Source: the human T2T-CHM13v2.0 reference genome, Homo sapiens
Strand: one strand, 5' to 3'
DNA length: 64,000 nt
Assembly (NCBI RefSeq): GCF_009914755.1
Contig: NC_060936.1
Below, one piece after another: positions 41,389 to 56,957 of this stretch (within the stretch, counting starts at the first letter, position 1; every line of letters begins with the position of its first letter). The notes below the pieces were generated by a model, which made no database searches, was not told the origin of the DNA, and saw only the letters and a list, made by a program, of their open reading frames with translations. The translations under genes were made by a program, and so were the position numbers.

Positions 41389-41899
41389 ATTTGTTTTTCC
41401 ATTTTTTACTCTGGTTTTTCTCTTGATACCTTTGCCCTGGTGGATTTGATGCCCTTGAGAGCAAATAATTATGACTATTTGATTTTCACTGAGCTATATT
41501 AGCTATAAAATTTTTGAACCTCTTGGTAGACATAAATAAATTACAAAAATTAACTTGTCAGCATTTTATTTTGGTGACTGTAATAATAGCCTTAGGTGTG
41601 GGACTATAAAAACAAATAACTAAACAATTCTAATTAATTATGGAAGAACTGAAGTGATTAATGGGGAAGAACTGAAGTGATTAATGGGGATAGAAAGGAG
41701 TTTTCTCCAGAAATAAACATCTGAGATAAGTTTCTACCACCCAGTGTGATACTGAATTTTTGGAATTTGCTTTTCCGAGTAATGACAATGGAAAAAATGT
41801 TCTTTAAATTCATATAGCTGATATTTAAAAATCAATATAGAAGAGTTTTTTTTAGATGTAGAAATTCTATAATATGATAATTATATGATATTGGTATAA

Positions 41900-42203
<304 letters not shown>

Positions 42204-44872
42204 TAATATTGGTATAATGTTTTAAAAGCTAGAAAACTGAGAGACATTTCTGAATGTTTATAGTCGTCTCCTGCCCTGCCCCTTTGCCCCCTGCTATTAC
42301 ATTTTTTTATTGATATCTAATTGTACAAATTTATGGGGTACATGTGATTTTTTGATACATACAATGTAATGATCAAATTAGGACATTTCAGATATTCATC
42401 ACCATGAACATTTATTATTTGTGTTGGGAATATTTCAAATATTCTCTTCTATTTTGAAATATCCAATACATTGTAATTAACTATAGTCATCCTATTGTGC
42501 TATCAAACACTAGAACTTACTCCTTTTATCTAACTGTATGTTTGTACTCATTAACCAACTTCTCTTCATCCTTTTCACTCCCAGACACCCATCCTTCCCA
42601 GCCTCTGGTAACTATCATTCTACTGTCTACCTCCATGACATCACCTTTTTAAGCTCCCGTATAGGAGTGAGAACATCTAATATTAGTTTTTCTGTGCCTG
42701 GCTTAATATATTTCACTTAACATAAAAACCTTCAGTTCCATCCATGTTGCTGTAAATGACAGGATTTTATTCCTTTTTATGGCTGAATAGTATTTTATTG
42801 TGTATATATACCACATTTTCTTTATCCACCCATCCATTAATAGATGCTTAGGTAAATTCTATATCTTAACTATTGTGAATAGTGCTGCAATAAACATAAG
42901 GGGTACAGGTATCCCTTTGATATACTGATGTCCTTTCTTTTGGGTAAATACCTAGTAGTGGGATTACTGGATAATATGGTAGTTCTATTTTCAGTTTTTT
43001 GGATAAATGTCCATACTATTTTCCATAGTGGCTGTACACACTGACAGTGTATAAGAGTTCTCTTTTCTCTACATCCTCATTAGCATTTGTTAATTTTTGT
43101 CTTTTTGGTAATAGATATTATAACTGGGGTGAGATGATATCTCATCGTGGTTTTGATTTGCATTTCCCTGATGATTAATGATGTTGAGCACTTTTTTATG
43201 TACCATTGGCCATTTGTATCTGTTGAGAAATGTCTATTCAGATCCTTTGCCCACTTCTTAATGGGATTATCTGTGGGTTTTTTTTTTTTTTTTTTTTTTG
43301 CTGTTGAGTTGTTTGAGTTTCTTACATATTTTGGATAATAGTCTCTTGCTGGATGAATAGTTCGAAAATATTTTCTGATTCAACAGGTTGTCTCTTCACT
43401 CTGTTGATTGTTTCCATTGCTGTGTGAATTTTATTTTGGTTGGCTGCTCTTTTGAAGTCTTAGTCATAAAATTTGCCTAGACCAATGTCCTGAAGCATTT
43501 CCCTTGTTTTATTCTAGTAGTTTTATAGTTTCAGGTGTATGTTTAAGTCTTTAATCCATTTGGAGTTGTTTTTGTATATAGTGAGATATAGGGGTCTAAT
43601 TTCATTTTTCTGCATATGGATATCCAGTTTTCCCAGCACCATTTATTGAAGAGGGTGTCCTTTCCCAGTGTATTCTTTTTTTAATTTTTACATGTTTTTA
43701 AAATTTTTAAATTTGTATTAAAAATTTATTTGGGGATATATTCTTTTTAATTTTTTACATGTCCTTTCCCAGTGTATATTCTTTTTTATGTTTTACATGT
43801 TTTTAAATTTTTAATTTTTTATTCAATTGTTTGGGGGTACATAATAGGTATATATATTTATGGGATACATGAGATAATTTGATACAGGCATGCAATAAGT
43901 AATAATCACATCATGGAAAATGGGGTATTCATCCCTTCAAGCATTTATCCTTTGTATTACAAACAACTCAATTATACTATTTTAAGTTATTTTAAAATGT
44001 ACAATTAAATTATTATTGACTACAGTCACTCTGTTGTGTTATCAACACTAGGTCTTATTCTTTCTATCTATTTTTTGTCTCCATTAACCATCCCCTCCCT
44101 CCCACCACCATCCCACTACCCTTCCTGGCTTCTGGTAACCATCCTTCTACTCTCTATCTGCATGAGTTCAATTCCAATGTATATTCTTGATGCCTTTCTC
44201 AAAAATACACTGGCTGTAAATGCATGGTTTTATTTCTGGTCTCTCTATTCTGTTCCATTGGTCTATGTGTCTGTTTTTATACCAATACCATGCTGTTTTG
44301 ATTATATAGCTGTATAGAATGTTTTGAAGTCAGGTAATGTGGGGGCTTCAGTTTTGTTGTTTTGCTCAGGATTGCTTTGGCTCTTTGGGGTCTTTTGTGG
44401 TTCCATGTGAATTTTAGGAGGTTTTATTTTGTGAAGAATGTTATTGGTGTTTTGATAGGAATTGTATTGAATCTGAAGATTGCTTGGGTGGCATGGTCAT
44501 TTTAACAATATTAATTCTTTCAATTCATGACCATGGGATGTCTTTTCATTTGTTTGTATCTTCAATGTCTTTCATCTATGTTTTGTAGTTTTCCTTGTAG
44601 AAGTCTTTCACCTCCTTGGTTAAATTTATCCCTAGGTATTTTATTTTTTTAATTTTTTGGAGCTATCGTAAATGGGATTGTCTTCTTGATTTCTTTCTCA
44701 GCTGGTTCATCACTGATGTGTAGAAATGCTACTGACTTTTGTATGTTGGTTTGTTGAACAGTTCCAATAGTTTTCTGATGGAATCTTTAGATTTTTTAAT
44801 ATATAAGATCATGTTGTCTACAAAGAGAAACAATTTGACTTCCCCTTTTTCCAATTTGGGTGGTATTTATTG

Positions 44873-45627
<755 letters not shown>

Positions 45628-47168
45628 CATATATGGTCTTTATTATGTTGAGATATGTTCCTTTTATGTCTAATTTGTGATTCTTTCTAATGCTTTTACT
45701 GCATCTATTGAGATGATCATATGACTTTTGTTGTTTATTCTGTTGATGTGATGTATTATCTTTATTGATTTATGAATGTGGAACCAACCTTGCACTGCTG
45801 GGAAAGTTTCACTTGATCATGGTGTATTTTATTTTTGATGTGTTGTTGGATTTGGTATGCTAGTATTTTGTTGAGGATTTTTGCATCTATCTTCATCAGG
45901 GATATTGGCCTGTGGTTTTCTTTTTGTGTTGTGTCCTTGTTTAGTTTTGGTATCTACTGGCCTTGTAGATTAGTTAGAAAGAATTTCCTCCTCTTCTGTT
46001 TTTTTGAAATAGTTTCAGAAGAATTGGTGTTAGTTTTTACTTATAAGTTAGGTAGAATTCAGCAGTACAGCCATCTCTGGTCCTGGGCTTTTCTTTGTTG
46101 GGAGACTTTTTATTACTGATTCAATCTCATTACTCATTATAAATCTGTTCGGGTGTTTTATTTCTTTCTGGTTCAATCTGGGTAATTTGTACATGTCCAA
46201 GAATTTATCCATTTTCTTTAGGTTTTTCAATTTGTTAGCCTATAGTTGTTCATAATAGTCTCTAATGATCCTTTATGTTCCTGTAACATCAGTTGTAATG
46301 TCTCTTTTTTTGTTTCTGATTTTATTTTTTAGAGTCTTTTCTCTTTTTTCCTTGGTTAGTGTGGCTAATGGTTCATTGATTTTATCTTTTCAAAAAAAAC
46401 AAATTTTGTTTCATTGATCCTATTTTTTTAGTCTCTATTTTATTAAGTTCTCTGATTTTTATTATTTATCTTTTCCTACTAATTTTGGTGTTTTTTCTTG
46501 CTTTTATATTTCCTTGAGGGGTATTACTAGGTTGTTGATTTGAAATCTTTTTTTTAATGTAGATATTTATTAGTATAACCTTCCCTCTTAGCACTGCTTT
46601 TGCTATATCCCATAGGTTTTGATATGTTGTATTTCCATTTTCATTTGTTTCAATATTTTATTTCCTTCTTAATTTCGTCATTGACTAAGTGGTCATTCAG
46701 GAGTATGTTCTTTAAATTTCTACATATCTGTACAGTTTCTAAGGTTTCTCCTGTTATTGATTTCTAGTTTATTCCATTGTGGTTTAGGAAGATTCTTGAT
46801 ATAATTTCAATTTCCAAAACTTTGCTGAGATTTGTTTTGTGGCCTATATTGTCTATCCTGGAGAATGTTCCATATGCCAATTAGAAGAATATGTATTGTG
46901 CAGCTGTTGTATGAAATGTTCTGTAAATATCTGTTAGGTCCATTTGATTTAAAGTGCAGTTTAAATCCAATGTTTCTTTGTTAATTTCTGCCTAGATGAT
47001 CTGTTTAATGCAGAGAGTGGGTTGTTGAAGTTCTCCACTATTATTGTACTGGAATCTGTTTCTCTTTAGATTCAATAATATTTGCTTTATATACCTGGGT
47101 ACTCGCATGTTGGGTGCATATATATTTAGAATTACTATAACCTCTTGATGAATTAACCCCTTATCATT

Positions 47169-47524
47169 TGTATTAGACTCTTCTCATGCTGCTGATCAAG
47201 ATATACCTGAGACTAGGCAATTTATAAAAGAAAGAGGTTTAATTAGACTTACAGTTCCACATGCCTGGGGAGCCTCACAATCATGGCAGAAGGAAAGGAA
47301 GAGCAAGTCACTTCTTACATGAATGGCAGCAGTCAAAAAGAGAGAGCTTATGCAGGGAAACTCCATGTTATAAAGCCATCAGATCTTGTGAGACTTACTC
47401 ACTATCACAAGAACAGCATGGGAAAGACCTGCCCCCATGATTCAATTACCTCCCACTGGGTCCCTCCCACAACACGTGGGAATTCAAGATGAGATTTGAG
47501 TGGGAACACAGCCAAACCATATAA
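47169..47524 (-). mobile_element. THE1-like MaLR solo LTR
   Basis: tgtattag...ccaaaccatat; 5-bp TSD TCATT. Confidence 0.9.
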
Positions 47525-49679
47525 TCATTATATAAGGACTTTGTCTCTTTTTGCAGTTTTTGACTTAAAGTCTCTTTTATCTGATGTAAGTATAGCTACT
47601 CCTGCTTGCTTTTGGTTTCCATCTGCATAAAATACCTTTTTTCGTCCCTTCACTTTCACTCTAAATGTGTCTTTACAGGTGAAGTTTCTTGTAGGCAACA
47701 TATAGTGGGGTTATGTTTTGTTTTAAAATGTATTCAGCCAGTGTATGGATTTTAAGTGTATATCTTTTAAGGGGGAATTTAATCCATTTACATTCAAGGT
47801 TATTATTGATAGGTTAGGACTTATTCTCGTTATTTTGTTAGTTGCTAATCTGGTTCCTTTGTATATCTTTTGTTTCTTTCTTCCTCTCTTATTGTTTATC
47901 ATTGTAGCTTAGTGATTTTCTGTAGAGGTAATATTTTAGTCCCTTCTCTTTCTTATTTGTATATCTGCTCCACTAGTAGAGTTTTAAACTTTCATATGTT
48001 TTCATAATGGTACATATTGTCCTTTCACTTCTAGATCTAGGACTCACTTAACCATTTCTTGTAGTGCTGGTCTAGTGGTGATGAATTCCCTCAGTTTTTG
48101 CTTGTCTGGGAAAGATTTTATTTCTCCTTTATTTTTGAAGGATAGATTTTCTGGGCATAGTATTCTTGGCTAGCAGGATTTTTCCCCTTCTTTTAGCACT
48201 TTGAAAATAACAACTCATTCTTTTCTGGCCTATAAGATTTCTGCTGAGAAATCTGCTGTTAGTCTGATAGGGATTGTATTATATATGACTTAACACTTTG
48301 CTCTTGCTGTTCATAGAATTTTCTCTTTATCTTTGACTTTTGACAGTTTTACTATAATGTGGTTTGGAGAAGACCTATTTGGGTTAAATCTATTTGGGGA
48401 TCTTTGTGCTTTCTGTATCTGGATGTCTGTTTCTTCTAGGACTTGGGACGTTTTCAGCTACTATATAGTTAAATAGGTTTTCTATGCCTTTGCCCGTTGT
48501 TTCTTCTTCTAAAGCTTTCAAAATTAGAATATTTGATTGCTTCATGGTTTCCTATATGTCATACAGGCTTCCTTCATTCTTTTTCATTCTCTTTTTTTTT
48601 CTGACTGGGTTATTTTAAAAGATCTGTCTTCTAGTTCAGAAATTTTTTCTTCTGCTTGATCTAGTCTATTGTTGAAGCCCTGAATTGTATTTTTAAAATT
48701 TTATTCACTGAATTCTTCAGTTCCAGGATTACTGCTTGAGTCTTCTTATGATATCTATCTCTTTGTTGAGTTTCTTATTCAGATCATAAGTTGTTTTCCT
48801 GATTTTTAAATATTGTTTATCTGTGTTCTCTTGTATCTTACTGTGTTTCTTTAATATCAGTATTTTGAAAATTGTTTTAGGCATTTCAGATATTTCTTTT
48901 TCATTGGAATCCGTTGCTGGAGAATTGTGTTTCTTTGGAGGTGTCATGTTTCTTTGTTTCTTTATGTTTCTTTTGTCATTACATTGATGTCTGTACATCT
49001 ATTGTTACAGTTGCTTATTCCAGTTTTGTGGGTTGGTTTTTGTAGGAAGAGTTTTTCCTATAAATGTATCTATAGTATTGGTTGGGCAGAGCACTTTGGC
49101 TTTGAAAGCTGGGTGGATGCAGTAGTGTAGTCTCCGTAGGACTTCTTTGTCTATAATCAGCATCAGTGGTGTCTGTGAGTTCTTCAGTGGCTTAGGCTGT
49201 GGTTGATAGTGAAGACTGTGGTGAGGTTTTGCTGGGCATAGGGACACCAGGCAGATCAGTCCTTGGTCCCCATGTGGCATATGTGAGCATCAGTGGTAGT
49301 GAGTCCAGGCAGGCTGATCCTTAGGCCTCCAGGTGGCTTGTTCAGGTGCCAGCAGTCACAGTGGTGGACCCAGTGAGTGCCAATTTGTCTACTGAATCAG
49401 GGTTTTAGTTCTCAGAGTAGGCAAACCCTTCTCCTGGCTTTTCAGGTCCCAGCTTCCCTTGACTGTGACTCCCAAAAGAATAGAGAGACTTTGCTATCCT
49501 GGCTGCAGTGCCAAAATTATAGAGACCAAGCGGAAACCTCCCCCTTGCCCTCTGAAGTTTCACTGAAAAATCAACTTTCTTTATAAGGAAAGGGAGAAAG
49601 GAGAGTCGGGGAATGTAGACAATTCTTTTGAGGGACAGTAAATAATTATTAGGGAGAATGAATTCCTCTCCTCCCTACC

Positions 49680-52060
49680 ATTTATTAAGGTATAATTGAT
49701 GATTAAAAATTGTATGTGTTTACACTGTGTATGATGTTTTGATATATATATACATTATGAAATTAATAAAGCAAGCTAGTTAACATATTCATGTCACAGA
49801 TACTTATCATTTTTTGTCATGAGAACATTAAGGTCTTATCTCAGCAATTTTCAAGTATACAGTACATTATTTTTAACTATAGTCACCATGCCATACAGTA
49901 GATCTCCAGAACTTATTCATCCTCTCTACCTGAGATATTTTACTTTTTGATCAGCATCTCCCCATTCCCCCCATCCCAACCTCCCCCAGTTCTTGGTAAC
50001 CATCATTCTCTCTGATTCTGTGAGTTCAGTGTTTTTTAGTTTCCACATATAAGTGATATCATGAAGTATTTGTCTTTTTGTATCTGCCTTATTTCACTTA
50101 GAATAATGTCCTCCAGGGTCATTCACTTTTTTGAAAATGACAAGATTTCCTTTTTTAAAATCTGAATATATTCCACTGTGTAGATATACATTACTTTTTG
50201 TTTATTTGTTTGTTTTTGTTTTTTATTTTTTAAATTTTTTTATTTTTTTTTTAGTATTTATTGATCATTCTTGGGTGTTTCTCGGAGAGGGGGATTTGGC
50301 AGGGTCATAGGACAATAGTGGAGGGAAGGTCAGCAGATAAACATGTGAACAAGAGTCTCTGGTTTTCCTAGGCAGAGGACCCTGCGGCTTCCGCAGTGTT
50401 TGTCTCCCTGGGTACTTGAGATTAGGGAGTGGTGATGACTCTTAACGAGTATGCTGCCTTCAAGCATCTGTTAACAAAGCACATCTTGCACCGCCCTTAA
50501 TCCATTTAACCCTGAGTTGACACAGCACATGTTTCAGAGAGCACGGGGTTGGGGGTAAGGTTATAGATTAACAGCATCCCAAGGCAGAATAATTTTTCTT
50601 AGTACAGAACAAAATGGAGTCTCCCATGTCTACTTCTTTCTATACAGACACAGTAACAATCTGATCTCTCTTTCTTTTCCCCACCTTTCCCCCTTTCCTA
50701 TTCGACAAAACCGCCATCGTCATCATGGCCCGTTCTCAATGAGCTGTTGGGTACACCTCCCAGGTGGGGTGGCGGCTGGGCAGATGGGCTCCTCACTTCC
50801 CAGACGGGGCAGCCGGGCAGAGGCGCCCCCCACCTCCTGGACGGGGTGGCTGGCCAGGCGGGGGCTGCCCCCCATCTCCCTCCCGGACAGGGCGGCTGGC
50901 CGGGTGGGGGCTGCCCCCCACCTCCCTTACATTACTTTTTTAATACATTCATTTTTCACTGGACTCTTGGGTTGTTTCCATATCTTGGATATTGTGAATA
51001 ATGCTACAACGAACATGGGAGTGTCGATATCTCTTTGACATACTGATTTCACGTCCTTTGGATATGTACCTAGTAGTGAGATCACTGGATCATTTGGTAG
51101 TTCTATTTTCAACTTTTTCAGTGACCGTACCAATATACATTCTCACCAAGACTGCACAAGGGTTCCTTTTTCTCCACACCTTCTCCAATGATTCTTATCT
51201 TTTGTCTTTTTGGCAATAACCATTTTAACAGATGTAAGGTAATATCTCATGGTAATTTTAATTTGTATTTCCCTGATGATTAGTGAATGATGTTGACCTT
51301 TTTTTATACACCTATTGCCACCTTGTATGTCTTCTCTTGATAAATGTTCATGCAGGTCATTTGCCCACTTTAAAGATTGTTGGGGGTTTTTTTTGTTACT
51401 ATTTGGATTCTTTATATATTTTGGATATTAACTCCTTCTCAGCCATATAGTTGGAAAATATTTTCTCTCAACATGTAGGTTTCATAATGTTGATTGTTTC
51501 CTTTGCTGTTGAGTTCAGTTTGCTAGTATTTTGTTGAGAATTTTTCCATCTATGTTCATCAGGTATATTAGCCTATAATTTTCATCTCTTGCAGTGTTTT
51601 TGGCAGGCTTTGGTATCAAGGTAATGCTGGCCTTGTAAAATGAGTTTGGAAGTGTTCCCTTCTCTTAGTTGTTTTGGATAAGTTTGAGAAGGTCTCTTTA
51701 AATAAGTGTACAGTTGACCAGTGAAGCCATTAGGTCCTGGGATTTTCTTTGTTGGGAGGATTTTGATTACTAATTTATCTCTGTACTCATTATTGGTCTG
51801 TTCATATTTTCTGTTTCTTCATGATTCACTCTTGGTAGGTTGTATGTTTGTAGGAATTTATCCATTTCTTCTAGTTATCCAATTTGTTGGTGTATAATTG
51901 TTCACAGTATTCTTTTATTATCCTTTTTATTTCTGTGTTATCACTCAGTTGTAATGTCTGCTCTTTCATTTATAATTTTAGTTATTTGAGCCTTCTCTCT
52001 TATTTTCTTAATCTAGCTAAAGGTTTGCTAACTTATTTATCTCTTTAAAAAACCAACTTT
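49680..52060 (-). mobile_element. old L1M fragments, antisense (host of SVA)
   Basis: L1M 3'UTR and ORF2 remnants. Confidence 0.75.
50200..50927 (-). mobile_element. 5'-truncated SVA retrotransposon
   Basis: SINE-R (tatttattgatcattcttgggtgtttctcgg...), partial GC-rich VNTR, T-rich tail; 13-bp TSD TACATTACTTTTT (50187-50199 / 50928-50940). Confidence 0.95.
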
Positions 52061-52540
52061 TAGGTGACCCAGTAATTCTGTTATTCATACAGACTTGCAT
52101 TACTTCTTTATTCTTTAACCACCCTCCCTTCCCCATGTGTTTTTTGAGATCACAGGACACTCTAATCCCTGGGCCTTTCTGGGTTCTGATGTTGGTTGGT
52201 ATTTACCTCTCCCCAGCATTTGGGTTCAATTTTCTTTTCTTCTACAAGGCCGTTCATATCTCTATTCATTTCGCATCCTCCAAATGCTTATCAACATCTC
52301 TTGTCCATACTCTCCTATTCTCCTTGTCTAAAAAACGTTGAAATGTTTTATTATTTTACTGTCATTTGCATGCATTTGGGAAAGATAAAAGAGATATATA
52401 CATATATTCAACCATTATGTTTATCCAAGTCTATTATTATTATTTCTTAGTTTCTCTCTTTATTTAAAAATATAATTTTGACACCATTACAGAATAAGTA
52501 AGTCTGTTATGTTTTATTGCTTTAGTATTTGATTTCAGAT

Positions 52541-53200
52541 TGTGGTAGGCAGAACACTAAGATGGCCCACAAGATTCCTATCCCCTGGTGTACACACCCT
52601 GTGTAATCCCCTCCCTTTGAGTCTAGGCAGGAGCTGTGAACATGATGGATGCCACGTCCATGGTTAGGTTAGGTTATATAGCAAAGGTGAAAGGTAATTG
52701 AAGCCCCTATAAGTTCACTTTGAGTTAATTAAAAAAGGAGATTATTCTGAGGAGTCTTTACCTAATCAGATGAACCCTTGAAAGAGGATCTAGAAGTGAG
52801 AGAGATTTCAAGCAACAGAAATGCTGTCTTGATGGCTTTGAAGGAACAAACAACCATGTGAACTACTTATGGAGGAGACAATACAGCAGGAACCTAAGGG
52901 TGACCTCTAGTAACTGGGAGTAATTCCCAACTGACAGTCAGCAAGAAAAATAGGGTCTTCTGTCCTACAATCACACAGAACTAATTCTACCAAGAAGCAA
53001 TGAGCTTGGAGGAGGACCCAAGCTTCAGATGAAATTGTACCTGTGAGTAACATTTCAGCTTAGTAAGACCCTGAGGAGAGTTGCCAGCTAACCTGTACTT
53101 GGACATCTAACACATGGAAACTGTGAGATAATAATTTTGTATTGTTTTAAGCCACTACATTTTGGTAATTCATTATCCAGCAACAGAAAATGAATGCACA
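52541..53200 (+). mobile_element. MLT1E-like MaLR LTR
   Basis: tgtggtaggcagaa..taagatggccc...ttttaagccact. Confidence 0.8.
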
Positions 53201-53756
53201 GGTCTGTCATGCTTCATATTCTATCATACTAAAGTCTATTGATACATGTATTTTTTCTCTCTGAGAGTTGGATATGGCCTTGGGGTTGAGGGATGGTGTG
53301 TGTGTTTATGATTGGTTGGTTGTTTTATTTAGCATATATTCTATTTCCTTACGTAAAACAATAAGATTGCTTTACTTTTACAGGCATTTCTAAATTATGA
53401 TCATAGTTTAAAGAATATTATTAATTAAATCTTTATCATTACCAATTTTGGTGAGACAAATTCATTTGGTAATGAAATAATATTAATAATAGCAGCAACA
53501 ATATCAGTAACTCCTAACATTTACTAAATGCATGCTATGTGGCAAGCATTGTGCAAAGTGTTTTTTATTTAATCCTACCAAGTATTATTATTATTATTAT
53601 TCCCCTTTTACAGTTCAGGAAACAAAATCTTAAGGAAACTTCTAAAGGCCACATACCCTAGGAATGGTGGATCCAGAATTCTATCCCAGATTGCCAAACT
53701 CCTCAGCTTGTGCATTTAACAGTTATGGAAAACTACCTACAGGAATCTACAGAATG

Positions 53757-54057
53757 TTTATTATTATTATTATTTTTGAGCCAGGGTCTCACTCTGTTGC
53801 CCAGGTTGGAATGCAGTGGCATGATCACAGCTCACTGCAGCCTAGAACTCCTGGGCTCAAGTGATCCTTCCACCCTCAACCTCCCAAGTAGTTGGGACTA
53901 CACGCACATGCCACCATGCCTGGATGATTTTTCACTTTTTGTAGAGATGGGATCTTACTATGTTGTCCAGGCTGGTTTCAAACTCCTGGACTCAAGCAAT
54001 TCTTCCACCCCAGCCTCCCAAAGTGCTGGGATTACAGGTGTGAGCCACTGTGCCCAG
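53757..54057 (-). mobile_element. AluJ, antisense
   Basis: (TTA)n tail, dimer. Confidence 0.9.
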
Positions 54058-54368
54058 CAAATGTCAGCGTTATTGAAAATAAAACAGTTGACCTTTAATA
54101 TTTTTGCTTTTTATGTGTATGGTTTTGACTAGTCACATGCAGCTCTGCAGGCTTATGTGATTTTGCTGGAATGTAATTTCATGTTGCTTAAATTTGGGAG
54201 AGTGGAATTACTGGTGAGGGATCCCAGCTGATGACCAGGAGGTTCTCAGCTAATGGCTGTGTGTGCTCTGATGCTCATTAAGAAACCCAAGGGATTATTT
54301 CAGAGTTTGGATGTTTTCCTTTACATTGTGGGTGGAAATTATATGGTACTGTGAAGTAAACGGGTGGA

Positions 54369-54739
54369 TTTTTTTTTTTTATTATACTTTAAGTTCTAGG
54401 GTACATGTGCACAATGTGCAGGTTTGTTACATATGTATACATGTGCCATGTTGGTGTGCTGCACCCATTAACTCGTCATTTACATTAGGTATATCTCCTA
54501 ATGCTATCCCTCCCCCTCCCCTCACCACAGGACAGGCCCTGGTGTGCGATGTTCCCCTGCATGTGTCCAAGTGTTCTCATTGTTTAATTCCCACCTATGA
54601 GTGAGAACATGCAGTGTTTGGTTTTTTGTCCTTGCGATAGTTTGCTGAGAATGATGGTTTCCAGCTTCATCCATGTCCCTACAAAGGACATGAACTCATC
54701 CTTTTTTATGGCTGTATAGTATTCCATGGTGTATATGTG
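54369..54739 (-). mobile_element. L1PA 3' fragment (relatively young)
   Basis: ttatactttaagttctagggtacatgtgcacaatgtgcagg; decayed TSD acgggtggattt / atgggcagattt. Confidence 0.92.
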
Positions 54740-56278
54740 ATGGGCAGATTTTTAATAATATTTGGCAAGAGGGACCCAGGAATGTCTGAGGGAGCTAGGC
54801 ATAAGGACCAAAAGTAGGTGGAAAACAAAGGGCCATTTTATTATTGGATAGACCAGGCCAGTACCCCAATTATATAATTGAAGGGAGCTCTTGGCTTAGG
54901 TTTGAGGCCTAGTTTGGACATCCTGGTTCCCATCAAGCCTATATCCAAAGTTGGGATCTTTTACCACCTTCTGCCTGGCTTCCTGGTAGAGGAGCTTTCA
55001 TTAGTGACCAGCAGGTTTGGGCATGTGTTCAGAAATAGTAAGACTGCTGGACCCTGAGGCAGCTTTGACTCAGTGAATATTCCTGCTATAGAGAAGGAAC
55101 AGGAGCTAAAGATCCTACAAGGGAAATGGCTATGTGATGTGCTTCTAATAACAATGTCTGATGGATTATCTTGGATTCTAACCAATCAGATTAGCTCTTT
55201 CTCCTCCCTTGGTGGTATCTAGAAGAGCATGAGCATTCTTCCTCTTACAATGGCAATTATAGACTTGGGGACTTAAGGAGTCTAAAAGGACCTCCCAAGA
55301 TGAATCTATTCTTATTATTTATCAGATTGATATATATCTGACTTTGATAAGAAGCTGAAGACATGTTGTTTAAAGAATGGACAATCCATTCTTTCCTTTG
55401 CTTATGTTTGGTTTTTTAAGTTCTAAGTCTGCAGGCATGGTGATATACAGATATGATGATGATTATATGGTTAAAACAAAACCTAAAACAAAATCCCCTA
55501 TATCCTCACCTGTATTCAGATGTGGAGCATGATCTTACTTCCAAGTTGAAGGAAAAAAAAAAATCACAAAAGAGTATGGGATTGAGAAAGAATTTTGTTT
55601 CTAGCTGCTCTCTCCAGCCTGTTTATATTATGATGTCTATTGTGAGGCTGCCAATGTTGTCACCAAGAGTCACGTTCTATTAGTTAAATTATAAGGTGCA
55701 GAATGAGAAAGCTTTTGAAAACTATGATCAATGTTGAATTCCTTATAAACAACCAACTTTTGGCCTCCCCTTTATTACTTCCAAGTGAGAGTGCATTAAA
55801 AATATGTTAATATCTAGCTGCAAACTCAGGAGTAATTGCCCAGCCAGACTTTTGAGATTAATTATAAGTCCAGAGCTGTCATTACATTCTGACTGGTTTC
55901 TCCGGTCAGGAGTGGTCTGCCTCTGAACTAGTGCTTCATGTGCTCTTGACTGTGGTTTGAAAGGTTTTGAAGTTCAGTTGAAAATCTGAGCTGCTATCTC
56001 CCCAGTGAGTTTATCTCCTTCCAATTTATTTTGATGAGGGTCACATAAGGTAAGCCTATTGGATTTATGACCCCAGAGCCTATTAGTTTCATTGTTTATA
56101 TGCTCAAAGACAAAAATATTAAAAATCGTTTAAGTGGAAAGAACTTTAGAAGCAGAATATAGCAGCAACCTTGAATAATTTATTCGATCAACAAAGATAT
56201 ATTAAGTTGTTCCAGTGTGTCTAGCACTGTTTGTTACAGGCAGTGGGGACACAGGAGTGGACCAAATAACAGCCTATT

Positions 56279-56931
56279 TGATACGGTTTGGTTCTGTGTC
56301 CCCACGCAAACCTCAGGCTGAATTGTAATCCCCCCTGTTGGAAGAAGTGATTGGATCATGGGGGCGGATTTCCCCCTTGTTGTTCTTGTGATAGTGACTG
56401 AGTTTTCATGAGATTTTGTTGTTTGAAAGTGTGTAGCACCTCCCCCTTCACTCTTTCTCTCTCCTTCTGGCCATGTCAAGATGTGCTTGCTTCCCTTTCA
56501 CCTTCTGCCATGATTGTAAGTTTCCTGAGACCTCCCCAGTCATGATTCCTGTACAGCCTGTGGGAATGTGAGCCAATTAAACCTGTTTTCTTTGTAAGTT
56601 ACCTAGTCTCAGGTAGTTCTTTATAGCAAGATGAGAGTGGACTAATACAGAAAATTGGTCCTGAGTAGTGGGGTATTGCTATAAAGATACCTGAAAATGT
56701 GGAAGCAACTTTGGAACTGGGTAATGAGTAGAGATTGGAACAGTTTGGAGGGCTCAGAAGACAGAAAGATAAGGGAAAGTTTGGAACTTCCTAGATACTT
56801 GTTGAATGGTTGTGACCAAAATGCTGATAGAGATATAGATAGTGAAGTCCAGGCTGAGGTGGTTTCAAATGGAGATGAGAAACTTATTGGGAAAGTAAGT
56901 AAAGTAAAGGCCACTGTTGCTATGCTTTAGC
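56279..56931 (+). mobile_element. MST-type MaLR LTR plus start of internal region
   Basis: tgatacggtttgg...gactaataca (to 56648), then MaLR-int gaaaattgg...gtggaagcaactttggaactggg. Confidence 0.85.
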
Positions 56932-56957
56932 AAGCATAGCTAAAGCATGCTTGGGCC

